A stretch of 64,000 nucleotides of DNA from an uncultured Caulobacterales bacterium (GCA_938001915.1 CALLBD010000006.1:7963-71962), one strand, 5' to 3'. Shown: positions 1-10,645, counted from the first letter of the stretch. Numbers and translations are program-made. Notes: generated from the letters alone by a model not told the origin.

Positions 1-325
1 CTCCGTGGCGCAGGGTACGACAATAATGGACGATATTGGCGAGCTACGCGTCAAAGAGAGTGACCGCATTTCGGCCACGGCGGCGCTCTTGGCGCAAAAT
101 GGCGTTAAGGTTGAAGAGTTAGAAAATGGGCTGAAAGTGACTGGCGGGCCCGTCATGGGCGGCGGTACTGTGACCACGCATCATGATCACCGTATCGCAA
201 TGAGCGCCCTCATATTGGGATGCGTGGCAGAGGCGCCCGTTTCGATTGATGATGCCTCTATGATTGCGACAAGCTTCCCAACCTTTTTCGATATGATGAA
301 CGGGCTCGGAGCAAACCTATCATGA
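1..325 (+). CDS. aroA: EPSP synthase, 3' part (truncated by window edge)
   Basis: ELRVKESDR and HDHRIAM...TSFPTF motifs; directly upstream of cmk. Confidence 0.95.
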   Translation, partial: SVAQGTTIMDDIGELRVKESDRISATAALLAQNGVKVEELENGLKVTGGPVMGGGTVTTHHDHRIAMSALILGCVAEAPVSIDDASMIATSFPTFFDMMNGLGANLS

Positions 326-945
326 CCGTGATTGCGATAGATGGAACGTTTGCTTCAGGGAAAGGTACGCTCGGTAAAGGACTCGCAGCGCATTATGATT
401 TGCCTTATTTGGATACAGGTAAACTTTACCGCGCGACTGCGAAGCGCGTTTTGGACGCGGGCGGCGATGTAAATAATCCCGAAGACGGAAAACGGGCTGC
501 ACACGCTATTTCGCCAAATGAGTTGTCAGACCCGATTTTGAAGTCTGGTCCAATCGGCGCAGCCGCCTCTAAGGTATCGGTTCATCCTGATGTCCGTGCG
601 GCTTTGCTAGCGTTTCAACGAAATTTTGCGCAGGCGGGCGGCATTTTGGATGGGCGAGATATCGGAACAGTGATATGTCCCGATGCTGACGTGAAGCTCT
701 ATGTAACTGCTACGCCAGAGGAGCGCGCTAAGCGCCGCCATGCGGAGCTTACGGGATATGGTGAAGTGCTCAGCATTGATGACGTTCTTGCGCAATTGAT
801 TGAACGGGACACGCGCGACAGCACGCGGGCGGCTGCGCCTTTAAAACCGGCAGATGACGCGCATATGCTCGACACAACAGGTTTATCCATTGCTGAAGTT
901 TTGGCGGCCGCGATTAAAATTTGCGACGCGGTGCTGGAGACATAA
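322..945 (+). CDS. cmk: cytidylate kinase
   Basis: [14 protein letters not shown]-loop, [16 protein letters not shown]; ATGA overlap with aroA. Confidence 0.95.
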   Translation: MTVIAIDGTFASGKGTLGKGLAAHYDLPYLDTGKLYRATAKRVLDAGGDVNNPEDGKRAAHAISPNELSDPILKSGPIGAAASKVSVHPDVRAALLAFQRNFAQAGGILDGRDIGTVICPDADVKLYVTATPEERAKRRHAELTGYGEVLSIDDVLAQLIERDTRDSTRAAAPLKPADDAHMLDTTGLSIAEVLAAAIKICDAVLET

Positions 946-1088
946 GGTAATAAAACTAACGTTTAACGGGGTATAACGCCTCTATTTAACAAGCTGTTCA
1001 CGAAAACAAACATCAGAGTGATATGACTTGATTTCACACGCAGGCAGCCAATCTCTACGCCTAAAGATGAAACGAGAAAGGAACTGCC

Positions 1089-1478
1089 ATGAGAATGATG
1101 TATCAAATTACCCGCTTTGTCTTACCTTTGGGTATGCTGATAACACCAGGCATAGCTTCTGCCGAAATTATTCCGGGAGAAATGGTGCTGCCCGAATCGG
1201 CGGCCAACCCGAAGCCTTCAGCCAAATCTAATGAGGCGAAATGGTACCTTAAGACCAAAGATGATCACCAGACCTCAACAGCTTTGTCTGAAAAATATAT
1301 GCCCCAGGTTGATGCCCTCAGAACAGAGGCCCCATTATTGGGCTATGTAGATATTAGCACGACCAACCAATTCACCCGCTATGAAGGACAGGCGTCGTCA
1401 ATATTCGACCGGACCATTCGCGATACAAATGCCGTTGATCCAGAGAGCTATATTCTAAAAGCTCGGACAAGATGGTAG
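1089..1478 (+). CDS. hypothetical secreted protein
   Basis: AAGGA RBS, signal peptide ending ASA, terminator downstream. Confidence 0.7.
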   Translation: MRMMYQITRFVLPLGMLITPGIASAEIIPGEMVLPESAANPKPSAKSNEAKWYLKTKDDHQTSTALSEKYMPQVDALRTEAPLLGYVDISTTNQFTRYEGQASSIFDRTIRDTNAVDPESYILKARTRW

Positions 1479-1500
1479 TTTTAACCCCGCTAAAAAATGA

Positions 1501-1530
1501 AAAAGCCCAGCCGATGTGGCTGGGCTTTTT
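1501..1530. terminator. bidirectional intrinsic terminator
   Basis: AAAAGCCCAGCC-GATGT-GGCTGGGCTTTTT between convergent genes. Confidence 0.85.
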
Positions 1531-1549
1531 CAATTAATTTTAAAGGCGC

Positions 1550-2323
1550 TTACTCTGACAATTTGGCCGCGGCCTCCTCGGTCATATCGAAATTATGATA
1601 GACATTTTCTACGTCATCAAGGTCTTCTAAAGCATCTTGTAATCGCACGACTTGCGCGGCGACATCAGGGTTGTCGATATCGTTTTGACCTTTCCAAACT
1701 AGGTTTACAGATTTCGCATCGCCGAATTGCTCGACAAGCGCAGCCGACACAGTGCCGAGATCGTCACGGGCCGTCCAGATTGTATGAACGGGCTCATACT
1801 CATCCCATTGATCTGCTGCCGCTTCGTCGGTTTCGCAATCCTCTGCGCCGGCTTCAATCGCGGCTTCCATCATGGTGTCCTCATCAGTGATTTCGAGGGG
1901 ATATTCGATTTTCCCGACTTGATCGAACATAAAGGAGACAGATCCGGTCTCGCCCATATTGCCGCCATTTTTGGAGAAGGCCGTTCGAACGGACATGGCC
2001 GTGCGGTTTTTATTATCCGTTGACGCTTCGACGATGAAGCCAATCCCAGCAGGGCCAAAGCCCTCATAGCGAATATCTTCGTAATCTTCGCCTTCGCCGC
2101 CCGCACCTTTATCAACCGCGCGTTGGATATTATCCTTGGGCATGGATTGACCCTTGGCGTTGGCAATTGCCAAACGCAGGCGGGGATTCATATCAGGGTC
2201 TGGGCCGCCGATTTTAGACGCAATCGCGATATCTTTGGCGAGCTTTGAAAACAGCTTAGATCGAAGCTTATCCTGACGGCCCTTGCGGTGCTGAATATTG
2301 GCCCATTTGGAATGTCCTGCCAT
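1550..2323 (-). CDS. yebC: YebC/PmpR family protein
   Basis: [16 protein letters not shown]-terminus; YEGFGP; [11 protein letters not shown]. Confidence 0.95.
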   Translation of the reverse strand: MAGHSKWANIQHRKGRQDKLRSKLFSKLAKDIAIASKIGGPDPDMNPRLRLAIANAKGQSMPKDNIQRAVDKGAGGEGEDYEDIRYEGFGPAGIGFIVEASTDNKNRTAMSVRTAFSKNGGNMGETGSVSFMFDQVGKIEYPLEITDEDTMMEAAIEAGAEDCETDEAAADQWDEYEPVHTIWTARDDLGTVSAALVEQFGDAKSVNLVWKGQNDIDNPDVAAQVVRLQDALEDLDDVENVYHNFDMTEEAAAKLSE

Positions 2324-2414
2324 GGGAGACCTCTTCTCTCAAAATATGTTTCTGTGCGCTTTAGCGAGGGCAGCGGGTCGGGGCAAGCATCGCTCTGCTA
2401 AGAGCTGGAATGAT

Positions 2415-3241
2415 TTAAGGCAGGGGGGTGAGATCTGAAATACGCATATCAACCTCTCGTCCAAAGCCAATGCCGAGCGCTTTGCCCTGCACATTCATTT
2501 TCATCGCTGACATATGATAGTGACCATTGGGGGCTAGTGCACAGGTTTGTGTGATATCCATTTCTTTTAGCTTCGCAATTAATTTCATGGTCATGGGCCG
2601 TGTCATGCGCACAGAAAACCCCTTCATTTCGCCAGAGGGTTTGGCCAGCGTAACTTCGCCTTCAATGCGTTCGAGCAGTTTCTTCGCCATTTTGCGGTCA
2701 TCTTTGCCTGCAGTTTCAGGTTTTTTTTGCCTGCAGTTTCAGGTTTTTCATCGGATTGCATCAATAGGCTGACAAGTGAAGGAAAGTCTGGACGCAAGAC
2801 GGCTTCTGTTTCGGTTTCCGAAACCACGGTGGTATTTGCCAATTCTGAAGTGAGGTTTGGCTCACCTTCGGAGGGTAGGTTGCTATCACCACACCAAAAT
2901 GATTCAGCGCGTGTTTCTTCCGTGTCTTCGGGATTATCACTGTCTTTGAGAAAATCTTGTAGGGCTTCATTTTCTGGGTCGCTGATGGATATAATTTCCA
3001 TACGGCCCTCTGTGGGTTTTGAAGGGTCAACGCGCAGAACGGCCTGTCCTTGTGTAGTCTCTTTGCCTTCGCGGGTCTTGATTTCTACCGTGAGTGTATA
3101 GCTATATTCAATTGTTTTGGGTGCGAGCCGTGTGGGAGTTTCTGCTTTTCGCGCCAATATTGACATGATGTCTTCCGCTTGCGCGGGCGCGGCGAAGAAG
3201 AAAACAGAGAGAAAAAGGCTTATAACTGGGACATATTTCAT
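2415..3241 (-). pseudogene. secreted hypothetical protein split by a 23-bp tandem duplication
   Basis: ORFs 2624-3241 and 2415-2690 join into one 267-aa frame when one repeat copy in 2703-2748 is removed; signal peptide AQA. Confidence 0.75.
2703..2748. repeat. perfect 2 x 23 bp tandem duplication
   Basis: TTTGCCTGCAGTTTCAGGTTTTT twice in tandem. Confidence 0.95.
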
Positions 3242-3321
3242 AGCGGCAGGCTTGCGCGCTTAATTAGCAAGGTGCAACTTACAGCTTGGTAAAGGTCAAG
3301 GTTGTAAGTGAATTAGGGGCT

Positions 3322-4137
3322 TTAATTTAATTCTGGAATATGGGTCGCGAGCTGTCCACCAATACGGATTGGTTCGATACGCGACGCCAGCCCGTCTTTA
3401 CTCGTTTCAACATAAACCCCGCAAAGCGTTCCCGCGCCGCTGGCGGGGGTGAATCGGCCGCCGCGCATTTTTGTTGTGAAACGGCGAATGGGCTCCTCAA
3501 CTTCCATGCCGATGACTGAATTATAATCGCCGCACATGCCTGCGTCGGTTTGATAGGCTGTGCCATTGGGTAGAATGCGCGCGTCGCCCGTCGGCACATG
3601 CTGATGCGTTCCGACGACAAGACTGGCGCGGCCATCGCAAAAATAGCCCATTGCGTTTTTCTCTGATGTGGCTTCGGCGTGAATGTCGACAAGGACGGCA
3701 TCTGCAACGGCGCCAAGGGGCGCGGCGTCTAATTCTCGGTCCACCGCATGAAAGGCATTGTCTAGAGGGTCCATAAAGACACTGCCCAAAACATTGATGA
3801 CTAGCATCTGATACCCATTGACATCGAACAGCCCCGCACCGCGCCCAGGTGTTGTGCCTTGCGGGTAATTACAAGGTCTTAGGATACGGGCGTCATTATC
3901 GATGACGGCAATGCCTTGGGCTTGGTCAAATGTGTGATTACCTAGGGTGAGCACATCCGCGCCAGCATCAAATAATTCCTCTGCCGTAGCGCGCGTAATG
4001 CCAAATCCGCCGGCCGCATTTTCGGCATTGATGATGACAGCATCTAGGCCAAGTTGCCCTTTCAGATGGGGGAGGTGGCGTTTTACGGCTTCTCGTCCCG
4101 CGCGGCCGACGACATCTCCGAAAAATGCAAATTTCAT
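3322..4137 (-). CDS. ymdB: YmdB/TIGR00282 family metallophosphoesterase
   Basis: GDVVG, NAENAAGG, TLGNH, HAEATSEK, GTH motifs. Confidence 0.92.
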   Translation of the reverse strand: MKFAFFGDVVGRAGREAVKRHLPHLKGQLGLDAVIINAENAAGGFGITRATAEELFDAGADVLTLGNHTFDQAQGIAVIDNDARILRPCNYPQGTTPGRGAGLFDVNGYQMLVINVLGSVFMDPLDNAFHAVDRELDAAPLGAVADAVLVDIHAEATSEKNAMGYFCDGRASLVVGTHQHVPTGDARILPNGTAYQTDAGMCGDYNSVIGMEVEEPIRRFTTKMRGGRFTPASGAGTLCGVYVETSKDGLASRIEPIRIGGQLATHIPELN

Positions 4138-4701
4138 CTAAAACCGCCTAAACCCGTCTTCTGTCAAAATGCCGTCCAGACGCTCATCATGGTCGTCCGT
4201 GGGCAGGGAGGCCACTTCTTGCGCCGCATAGGCTACGCCGCAAGCAAAAATATCGTCCTGCCTGCGAAGACTTGCCAGCGTGCGGTCATAATAGCCGCCG
4301 CCATAACCCAATCTATCTCCCTTAGCGGTGAAGGCGAGCAGCGGAACGAGGATCAGCTTTGGTACGATAATCTCGCCGTCGCGCGGATACTCTATGCCAT
4401 ATTGATCGCAGGCCATTTCGCAGCCCTCGCTCCAGCGCCGAAATGTCAAAGGCGTGTGTTTTGCGCCTGCGACGGGTAAGCCGATGATATGGTCTGCCGC
4501 GCGCAGGTGATGTAAAAGTGGCCAGAGATTAATCTCCCCGCCGATAGGGGCAAAGCCTGCAACATTTCTCTGCGATAACCCGCGGGGGAAATTCTCAATC
4601 AAATGGTTAGCGGCTTTTTCATTGGAAATCAGCTTACGCTGTTGCCGCGCGCGATTGCGCGCAACCCATTTCGTATATGCCGCATTTTCAGAACCAATCA
4701 T
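4138..4701 (-). CDS. ygfA: 5-formyltetrahydrofolate cyclo-ligase
   Basis: RLGYGGGYYDRTL motif; downstream of 6S RNA. Confidence 0.93.
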   Translation of the reverse strand: MIGSENAAYTKWVARNRARQQRKLISNEKAANHLIENFPRGLSQRNVAGFAPIGGEINLWPLLHHLRAADHIIGLPVAGAKHTPLTFRRWSEGCEMACDQYGIEYPRDGEIIVPKLILVPLLAFTAKGDRLGYGGGYYDRTLASLRRQDDIFACGVAYAAQEVASLPTDDHDERLDGILTEDGFRRF

Positions 4702-4895
4702 TTGCCCCTACTAGGCTGAGAGGGCAGTCTTAGCTAGAGCTTTGATGCTTAAAACTTTCGAACATAAGTGGCCGTAGATGGCGGTGTGACATCCGCAGTT
4801 GGGAGCCCGCCTTCGGAGTCGTCATCTTCTTCCGGGTCTATTAAAAAACTAGCGTCTATGCGTAAGCCGTTTTGCTTGGTCTCTCCGAATTGAAA

Positions 4896-5061
4896 GTGAC
4901 GGCCACCACAAAGTCCGTGAAGACAAACAGATCCTCGTGAACCTCAGTGTTGAGGTGGGCGCCGGAATTAGACGAACCACGGTCCGAACAGAGCCAGCTC
5001 CCTAAGGAATAGTAAGGCCCGGTGGATAAGTGTCTTTCACCTAACCCGCAGCGACCGTCAC
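4896..5061 (-). ncRNA. ssrS: 6S RNA
   Basis: Closing stem GTGACGGTC...GGCCGTCAC; alphaproteobacterial 6S-like blocks CCTTAGGGAGCTG and GGCGCCCACCT; canonical position upstream of ygfA. Confidence 0.88.
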
Positions 5062-5108
5062 GCCGTATGTGGAGGCGTCATGCGCAAAGCGCAAGGGAAA
5101 GGCGCTGT

Positions 5109-6047
5109 CTAACGTGCTTTCGTTTTCTTGTTTTTGAAGGACCATTTCGCCCAAAGCCAGAAAATTTTAGGGCCTTCAATAAGGTAGCGTTTCCACAGTC
5201 GCTTGGGTTCGCTTCCCAGACGGAATAACCATTCTATCCGGTTCTTTTGCATCCATTTTGGTGCGCGTTTCGTGCGGCCCGAGAGGAAATCCAAAGAGGC
5301 CCCAACACAGAGGCCTAAACCCACACAATCGCCGCGATCTAAACAGGCCTTGGCAATCATTTCCTGTTGAGGACTTCCGACGCAAATAAAGACGTAACGC
5401 GCGGGGTTTGCGGCAATAAATTCTGCAGTTTTTGCGACTTCGTCTGGCTTGTGGCGCAACCCAAATGGCGGCTCGTAATGATTGATTTGGCTAAGGCCGT
5501 AAATCTGTTTGACCGTGTTAATTATGTCAGCATCGGCGCCAATGATGGTAATTGTGTCATCTGCTGTTATGACATTATCAAAGAGCTGTTGTGTGAGATC
5601 TGAACCTGGAACAGCTTTTAAAGGGATGCCCGAAAACTTTGCGAGCAATTCTAATATACGTGAGTCGCAAACGGAGAGCCAACTGGCCTCATAAAGCGGA
5701 TTAAAGACCTCTGGTTCTTTTGCGACGCGGACAAGGTGATCAACATTAGGCGTCACAATAAATCTAAATCCGTGATTGGTCGTCATCCATTTTGCTCTAG
5801 CTAAAGTCTGCATGGGCGTGAGCGGGTCAAAAATTGCGCCAATAAATTCGTAACTCCGCGGATCAATGCGCCAATCCGTATGACCTGGTCGTCGTCTTTT
5901 GCGGCGATCTTCACCGCGCGCCATAGCGGGGACGAATGTTCTTCCCGCGCTCTGTTCACCCGACATGCGAGAGTTATCCGTTCGGCTTTGAGACGGGTCA
6001 AGATTCGCTGATTGTCTGTCAACTTGTGTCACGATTAGTCCATTCAT
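5109..6047 (-). CDS. WecB/TagA/CpsF family glycosyltransferase (true start may be ~5966)
   Basis: VTPNVDH, GSDL, VGSPQQE, EWLFRL..EPKRLWKRY. Confidence 0.9.
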   Translation of the reverse strand: MNGLIVTQVDRQSANLDPSQSRTDNSRMSGEQSAGRTFVPAMARGEDRRKRRRPGHTDWRIDPRSYEFIGAIFDPLTPMQTLARAKWMTTNHGFRFIVTPNVDHLVRVAKEPEVFNPLYEASWLSVCDSRILELLAKFSGIPLKAVPGSDLTQQLFDNVITADDTITIIGADADIINTVKQIYGLSQINHYEPPFGLRHKPDEVAKTAEFIAANPARYVFICVGSPQQEMIAKACLDRGDCVGLGLCVGASLDFLSGRTKRAPKWMQKNRIEWLFRLGSEPKRLWKRYLIEGPKIFWLWAKWSFKNKKTKAR

Positions 6048-6116
6048 CTAGCTTTATTTGGGGACTCATATCACGCCGTGGTTGACATCAGGTTTACAGG
6101 CTCCAAATGAAGCGCC

Positions 6117-7937
6117 GTGAAACTGTACAAAAATACAGATAATTCGTCTGAACGCGGAATATTAAGACAACTCTTGGGGTTGGGGCGCTTAAAGCCCTAT
6201 CTCTGGCCAAAGGGGAATATCAGTTTTAAGCTGCGGTCGATTATCGCATTGCTACTGACGGTGGCGGGGCAATTCGTAATTGTTGGCTCCCCCTTTTTAC
6301 TCGGCCGCGCCATAAACCAGTTGGAAGTTATTCAAGACGCCCGCGTGTCGACCCAACTAACGGTTTTAATCTTAAGCCTAATTTTTGGCTATGGCGGGCT
6401 TAGATTGCTTGCCACATTATTCTCGGAAGGCCGCGAGTATATTTTTGCGCCCGTCGCGCAATCGGCCCAGCGAGCGGTTGCGACACAAACCTTTGCGCAT
6501 ATGCACAAGCTTTCCTTACGATATCATTTGGAAAAGCGGACAGGGAAGCTCACGCGGATTATTGAACGGGGTGTTAAGTCAATTGATTTCCTTTTCCGGT
6601 TCTTATTATTCAACATTGGCCCCACTTTCTTACAGCTCGGAATTGTGGGGGTTGCCTTCGCGGCGGTCTATGATTGGCGCTTTGCCCTCGTCGCAATAGT
6701 AATTGTTATCACCTATGTGGCTTTCACAGTCATTACGACGGAATGGCGGTTGAAATTTCGGAGAGAAATGAACCGTCAAGATAATGAAGCTGCCGCCAAA
6801 GCCGTTGATAGTTTGTTGAACTATGAGACGGTCAAATATTTTAGTGCTGAGGATTTTGAAACGACGAGATATGATGGAGCTATGGCGGGATATATGACAG
6901 CCGCCATTCGGTCCCGTACATCGCTTTCGACTGTAAATATTGGGCAAAGCTTCTTGATGACGCTGGGTTTGGTATTGGTAGTGGTCCTCGCGTCACAAAG
7001 TGTTTTGACCGATGGCACCATGGAAATTGGGGACATCACGACTGTGACGCTGGTGATGACGCAGCTTTATCGCCCGCTCAATATTTTGGGCTTTGCTTAC
7101 CGCGAAATTAAACAAGCTCTGACCGATTTGGAGAATATGTTTACCTTGCTCGATCGCCGTCCAGAAATAGAAGACGCCGAAGGCGCGTCCCCGCTTGAGG
7201 CTGTCACAGGGCGTTTGGAGTTTGATGATGTATACTTTTATTATGATCCAGAGCGCATTATCCTCAAAGGGATTAATTTTACAATTGAGCCAGGGCAAAC
7301 GGTGGCGATTGTGGGTCCGACGGGGGCAGGCAAGTCGACTTTGTCACGCATTCTCTTCCGGTTTTACGATATTGCGTCAGGCGCCGTGCGGATTGATGGG
7401 CAAGATTTAAGAACGCTCACCCAATCCAGTGTCCGCGAAGCGCTCGGCATTGTTCCGCAAGACACAGTCCTGTTCAATGACACGATTGGATATAATATCG
7501 GCTATGCGAAAAAAGGAGCGACGCAGGCGGAAATTGAGACCGCTGCGAGAGACGCGCAAGTGCATGAATTTATATCAGGCTTGCCAAATGGCTATGATAC
7601 GCTTGTTGGGGAGCGCGGTTTAAAGCTATCTGGGGGCGAAAAACAACGCGTGGCAATCGCGCGAACCTTGTTGAAAAATCCCGCTATTCTTATTTTGGAT
7701 GAAGCCACCTCGGCTCTCGATAGCGCTACGGAACGGGATATTCAGGCGGCCCTAGACCGCATTGCGTCTGACCGAACAACGCTGGTCATCGCCCATCGCC
7801 TCACGACAATCATCGGGGCGGATCAGATTTTAGTTTTGGATGAGGGGCAGATTCGTGAACGCGGCACGCATGAGGAACTCCTGCGTGCCGACGGTCTCTA
7901 CGCCCATCTCTGGGCGCAGCAAGAAAATGAGGGGTAA
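6117..7937 (+). CDS. ATM1/ABCB7-like ABC half transporter
   Basis: TM domain, DSLLNYETVKYF, GPTGAGKS, LSGGEKQR, DEATSALD. Confidence 0.93.
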   Translation: MKLYKNTDNSSERGILRQLLGLGRLKPYLWPKGNISFKLRSIIALLLTVAGQFVIVGSPFLLGRAINQLEVIQDARVSTQLTVLILSLIFGYGGLRLLATLFSEGREYIFAPVAQSAQRAVATQTFAHMHKLSLRYHLEKRTGKLTRIIERGVKSIDFLFRFLLFNIGPTFLQLGIVGVAFAAVYDWRFALVAIVIVITYVAFTVITTEWRLKFRREMNRQDNEAAAKAVDSLLNYETVKYFSAEDFETTRYDGAMAGYMTAAIRSRTSLSTVNIGQSFLMTLGLVLVVVLASQSVLTDGTMEIGDITTVTLVMTQLYRPLNILGFAYREIKQALTDLENMFTLLDRRPEIEDAEGASPLEAVTGRLEFDDVYFYYDPERIILKGINFTIEPGQTVAIVGPTGAGKSTLSRILFRFYDIASGAVRIDGQDLRTLTQSSVREALGIVPQDTVLFNDTIGYNIGYAKKGATQAEIETAARDAQVHEFISGLPNGYDTLVGERGLKLSGGEKQRVAIARTLLKNPAILILDEATSALDSATERDIQAALDRIASDRTTLVIAHRLTTIIGADQILVLDEGQIRERGTHEELLRADGLYAHLWAQQENEG

Positions 7938-7946
7938 GACCTAAGA

Positions 7947-8909
7947 CTAGAACTTACGCGCAATTGCGAGTGAAAGGGCATCCGCTTCCGGGCCGTCAAA
8001 ATCGTAGCGGGTGTAGTCAGCTCTTACAGAGGTTTGGGGGTTCAACGCATATTCTACGCCGAGACCATAGGCCAATCCGTCTGTTGAGAAATCCTGCTCC
8101 AATACGGTTGTGCCATCATCAAACTCAGCTTCGAATTCGGTTTCATGATAGCCAACACGACCAAGGACGTTAAAGCGATTAGATACGGGGAAACGGGCGA
8201 CGCCAAAAACGGCGAATTGCGTGTCAACACCGCTCTCTGCGAGGACAGGCCCTGTGCCGAAATCGACTGTGGCCTCGTCGTCGTTTAAGCCGAAAGACCC
8301 TTCAGCTTCGACGCCAAAGATAGTTTTGGACTGCCACCCAAGGCGTCCTTGGATGCCATAAATGTCGCTATCGACATCATATAAAGTCGCGCCAAGTGTT
8401 CCGTATGTATAGGCTTGGCGTAATCCCGCCGCTGGACGCGGTTGAGGGCTCACATAGGCTGGCGCATATCCCGCATTTTGATAGGCTGGGAAGTTTTGAG
8501 CCGTTTCAAGATAGGGCTGCGTGCCCTGCAATTGTGCACCATATGTCAGTGCGGGTGCAGCCGCATAGGCTGACGCGGCAACTGTTTGACCTGTATAAGG
8601 CTGAACGCCATAAGTTTGCGCAGCATGTGGTTGCGTTACATGTCCAGACTGAGCGACAGGATAGGATGTCTCGCAGGCCGGCTGGCTATACTGTGGCTGA
8701 ACATATTGCGGCTGAGTATATTGAGGCTGCGCATATTGAGGCTGCACGACTGGCTGTTGCGCATATTGCGCGTCACATGAGGAACTCTGACCCCAAAATG
8801 CCCCGTTCTGAGACTGTTGTCCAAATAGATCGCCCATTCCGGCCATAGAGCAGCCGCTTAGCGCTGAACCCAACAAGAGTGTTGGAAGAAGTTTCGCAAG
8901 ATTTTGCAT
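7947..8909 (-). CDS. lipoprotein with Q/P/Y/A-rich linker and C-terminal outer-membrane beta-barrel
   Basis: LSGC lipobox; amphipathic strands; terminal Phe (IARKF). Confidence 0.8.
   Translation of the reverse strand: MQNLAKLLPTLLLGSALSGCSMAGMGDLFGQQSQNGAFWGQSSSCDAQYAQQPVVQPQYAQPQYTQPQYVQPQYSQPACETSYPVAQSGHVTQPHAAQTYGVQPYTGQTVAASAYAAAPALTYGAQLQGTQPYLETAQNFPAYQNAGYAPAYVSPQPRPAAGLRQAYTYGTLGATLYDVDSDIYGIQGRLGWQSKTIFGVEAEGSFGLNDDEATVDFGTGPVLAESGVDTQFAVFGVARFPVSNRFNVLGRVGYHETEFEAEFDDGTTVLEQDFSTDGLAYGLGVEYALNPQTSVRADYTRYDFDGPEADALSLAIARKF
8685..8744 (-). repeat. 4 x 15 bp coding repeat (QPQY[A/T/V/S])
   Basis: CAGCCNCA(A/G)TAT-NNN units in tandem. Confidence 0.85.
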
Positions 8910-9119
8910 AGAAATAACCCGATTTAATTCACCTAATTTTCAAATGGGATAGACTATTTTATTTAATATCTCGTGAGTCCGGCCTTAACGTTCGGCTAAG
9001 CATAATTCTGTCTTAGATCATGCAATGACGCAGAGCCAACTGTGCATTCGAGAGGCTTGCGATAGTGGAGGGGTGTGCCTAAGCAGGATGCATAATGTAT
9101 TGCATGAAGGACTGACGCC

Positions 9120-9539
9120 ATGAGTGAAATTGCACTCGACCCGCTCCCTGAACAGGTCAAAGCCTTTCTTGAAAATCACCCGGATGGCGAAGCTGTGTAT
9201 ATGCTAAACCTACTAAAATTTAAATCCAAAGCCACTTATCATGACGGTGAGAACGTGTCGGGCGCGCAGGCCTATGCGCGCTATGGTGAGGCTTTCAGCA
9301 AACTGGTGGCCTCTTTAAATATAGACGGGGCACATTCTGTGTTTAGCGGAAAAATGGGCAGCTGGTTGATTGGCCAAGGCGAAACTGAGTGGGACGCGGT
9401 GGCCATATTTCGCTACCCGGACGCCAAAACAATGTTCGCAACGGTGAGCTCAGAGGCCTATCGTAAAATTCATAAGCACAGAAAAGCAGGTTTAGAGGGA
9501 CAGCTCCTGATTGCCTGCTCCGAAGGACAGAAATTTTAA
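9120..9539 (+). CDS. DUF1330-like protein
   Basis: MLNLLKFK, WDAVAIFRYP, HRKAGLEGQLL. Confidence 0.8.
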   Translation: MSEIALDPLPEQVKAFLENHPDGEAVYMLNLLKFKSKATYHDGENVSGAQAYARYGEAFSKLVASLNIDGAHSVFSGKMGSWLIGQGETEWDAVAIFRYPDAKTMFATVSSEAYRKIHKHRKAGLEGQLLIACSEGQKF

Positions 9540-9547
9540 GGACCGCT

Positions 9548-10636
9548 ATGCAAACCCTCCTCGTCAATAAGACCGATTTTAGTGATGTCGCCCTTGTCAA
9601 TTATGATGAAGGCGAATTACCTAGTGGACAAATACGCGTCGACATTGGACCCTTCGCGCTCACCGCAAACAATGTGACCTATATGGTGACCGGAGATCAA
9701 ATTGGATATTGGTCGGTCTTTGACCCCGCGACTTATGATTTGACGAGGGATAAATCATTGGGCCGCATGCCAGTTTGGGGCTATGGCGCCGTGCGTGAGT
9801 CTCGGTTTCCGGGTATTGAGGTCGGCGCGGATATTTATGGATTTTTCCCGGTCGCAAAATCTATGGACATGCAGCCGGGGCGTTTAAATACGCATGGCTT
9901 TACGGATATTGCGGCGCACCGCTCAGGTTTGCACGGCCTCTACAGCAGCTATAGTTTCACAGCCGCCGATCCGAGTTATAGCGAGTATAGAGACCTTCAA
10001 CCTGTCTTGCGTCCGCTATTTACAACGAGTTTTCTAATCGATGATTTTTTGGCAGAAGAAAATTTTTTCGGCGCCGAGCAGATACTCCTTCTTTCAGCGT
10101 CCTCAAAAACAGCCCTCGGAACAGCTTATTGTTTGAAAGCGCGCGGCAGCGCGCGCGTTATGGGCCTTACGTCTGCGGGCAATCAGGCCTTTGTGGAAGG
10201 CACGGGTTTTTATACTGACGTTTTTTCTTATGATGACATTACGGATATGAATCCAGATGTAAAAACTGTCGTTGTCGACATGTCTGGAAATATGGGCGTA
10301 ATTAGAACTTTAGAAGACCATTTCGAAGAAAACCTGACATATATCTGCCGCGTTGGGATTTCTCATTGGCAAGAAGCCGCTAAAGCGCCGCCTAAACGTA
10401 CGGCGACGCCAACCGCGTTTTTCTTTGCGCCTGACCGGGCCAAACAGCGAATTGGCGATTGGGGGCAATCCGGTTTTGCAGAAAAGCTCGGCGCGCGTTG
10501 GTTGCCCTTCCTAGGAACGGCTAAAGACTGGATGGTTGTTGAAAAACAAAACGGCATTGGCAAAGTTTTAGAAAATTACAAAGACCTGCTTGGGGGCCAG
10601 AGCGCGCCGTCCAAGGGGCACCTGTTTACACTTTAG
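9548..10636 (+). CDS. DUF2855 family protein
   Basis: FALTANNVTY, PVWGYG, LRPLFTTSFL, SASSKTA. Confidence 0.85.
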   Translation: MQTLLVNKTDFSDVALVNYDEGELPSGQIRVDIGPFALTANNVTYMVTGDQIGYWSVFDPATYDLTRDKSLGRMPVWGYGAVRESRFPGIEVGADIYGFFPVAKSMDMQPGRLNTHGFTDIAAHRSGLHGLYSSYSFTAADPSYSEYRDLQPVLRPLFTTSFLIDDFLAEENFFGAEQILLLSASSKTALGTAYCLKARGSARVMGLTSAGNQAFVEGTGFYTDVFSYDDITDMNPDVKTVVVDMSGNMGVIRTLEDHFEENLTYICRVGISHWQEAAKAPPKRTATPTAFFFAPDRAKQRIGDWGQSGFAEKLGARWLPFLGTAKDWMVVEKQNGIGKVLENYKDLLGGQSAPSKGHLFTL

Positions 10637-10645
10637 GAGGCGTCC

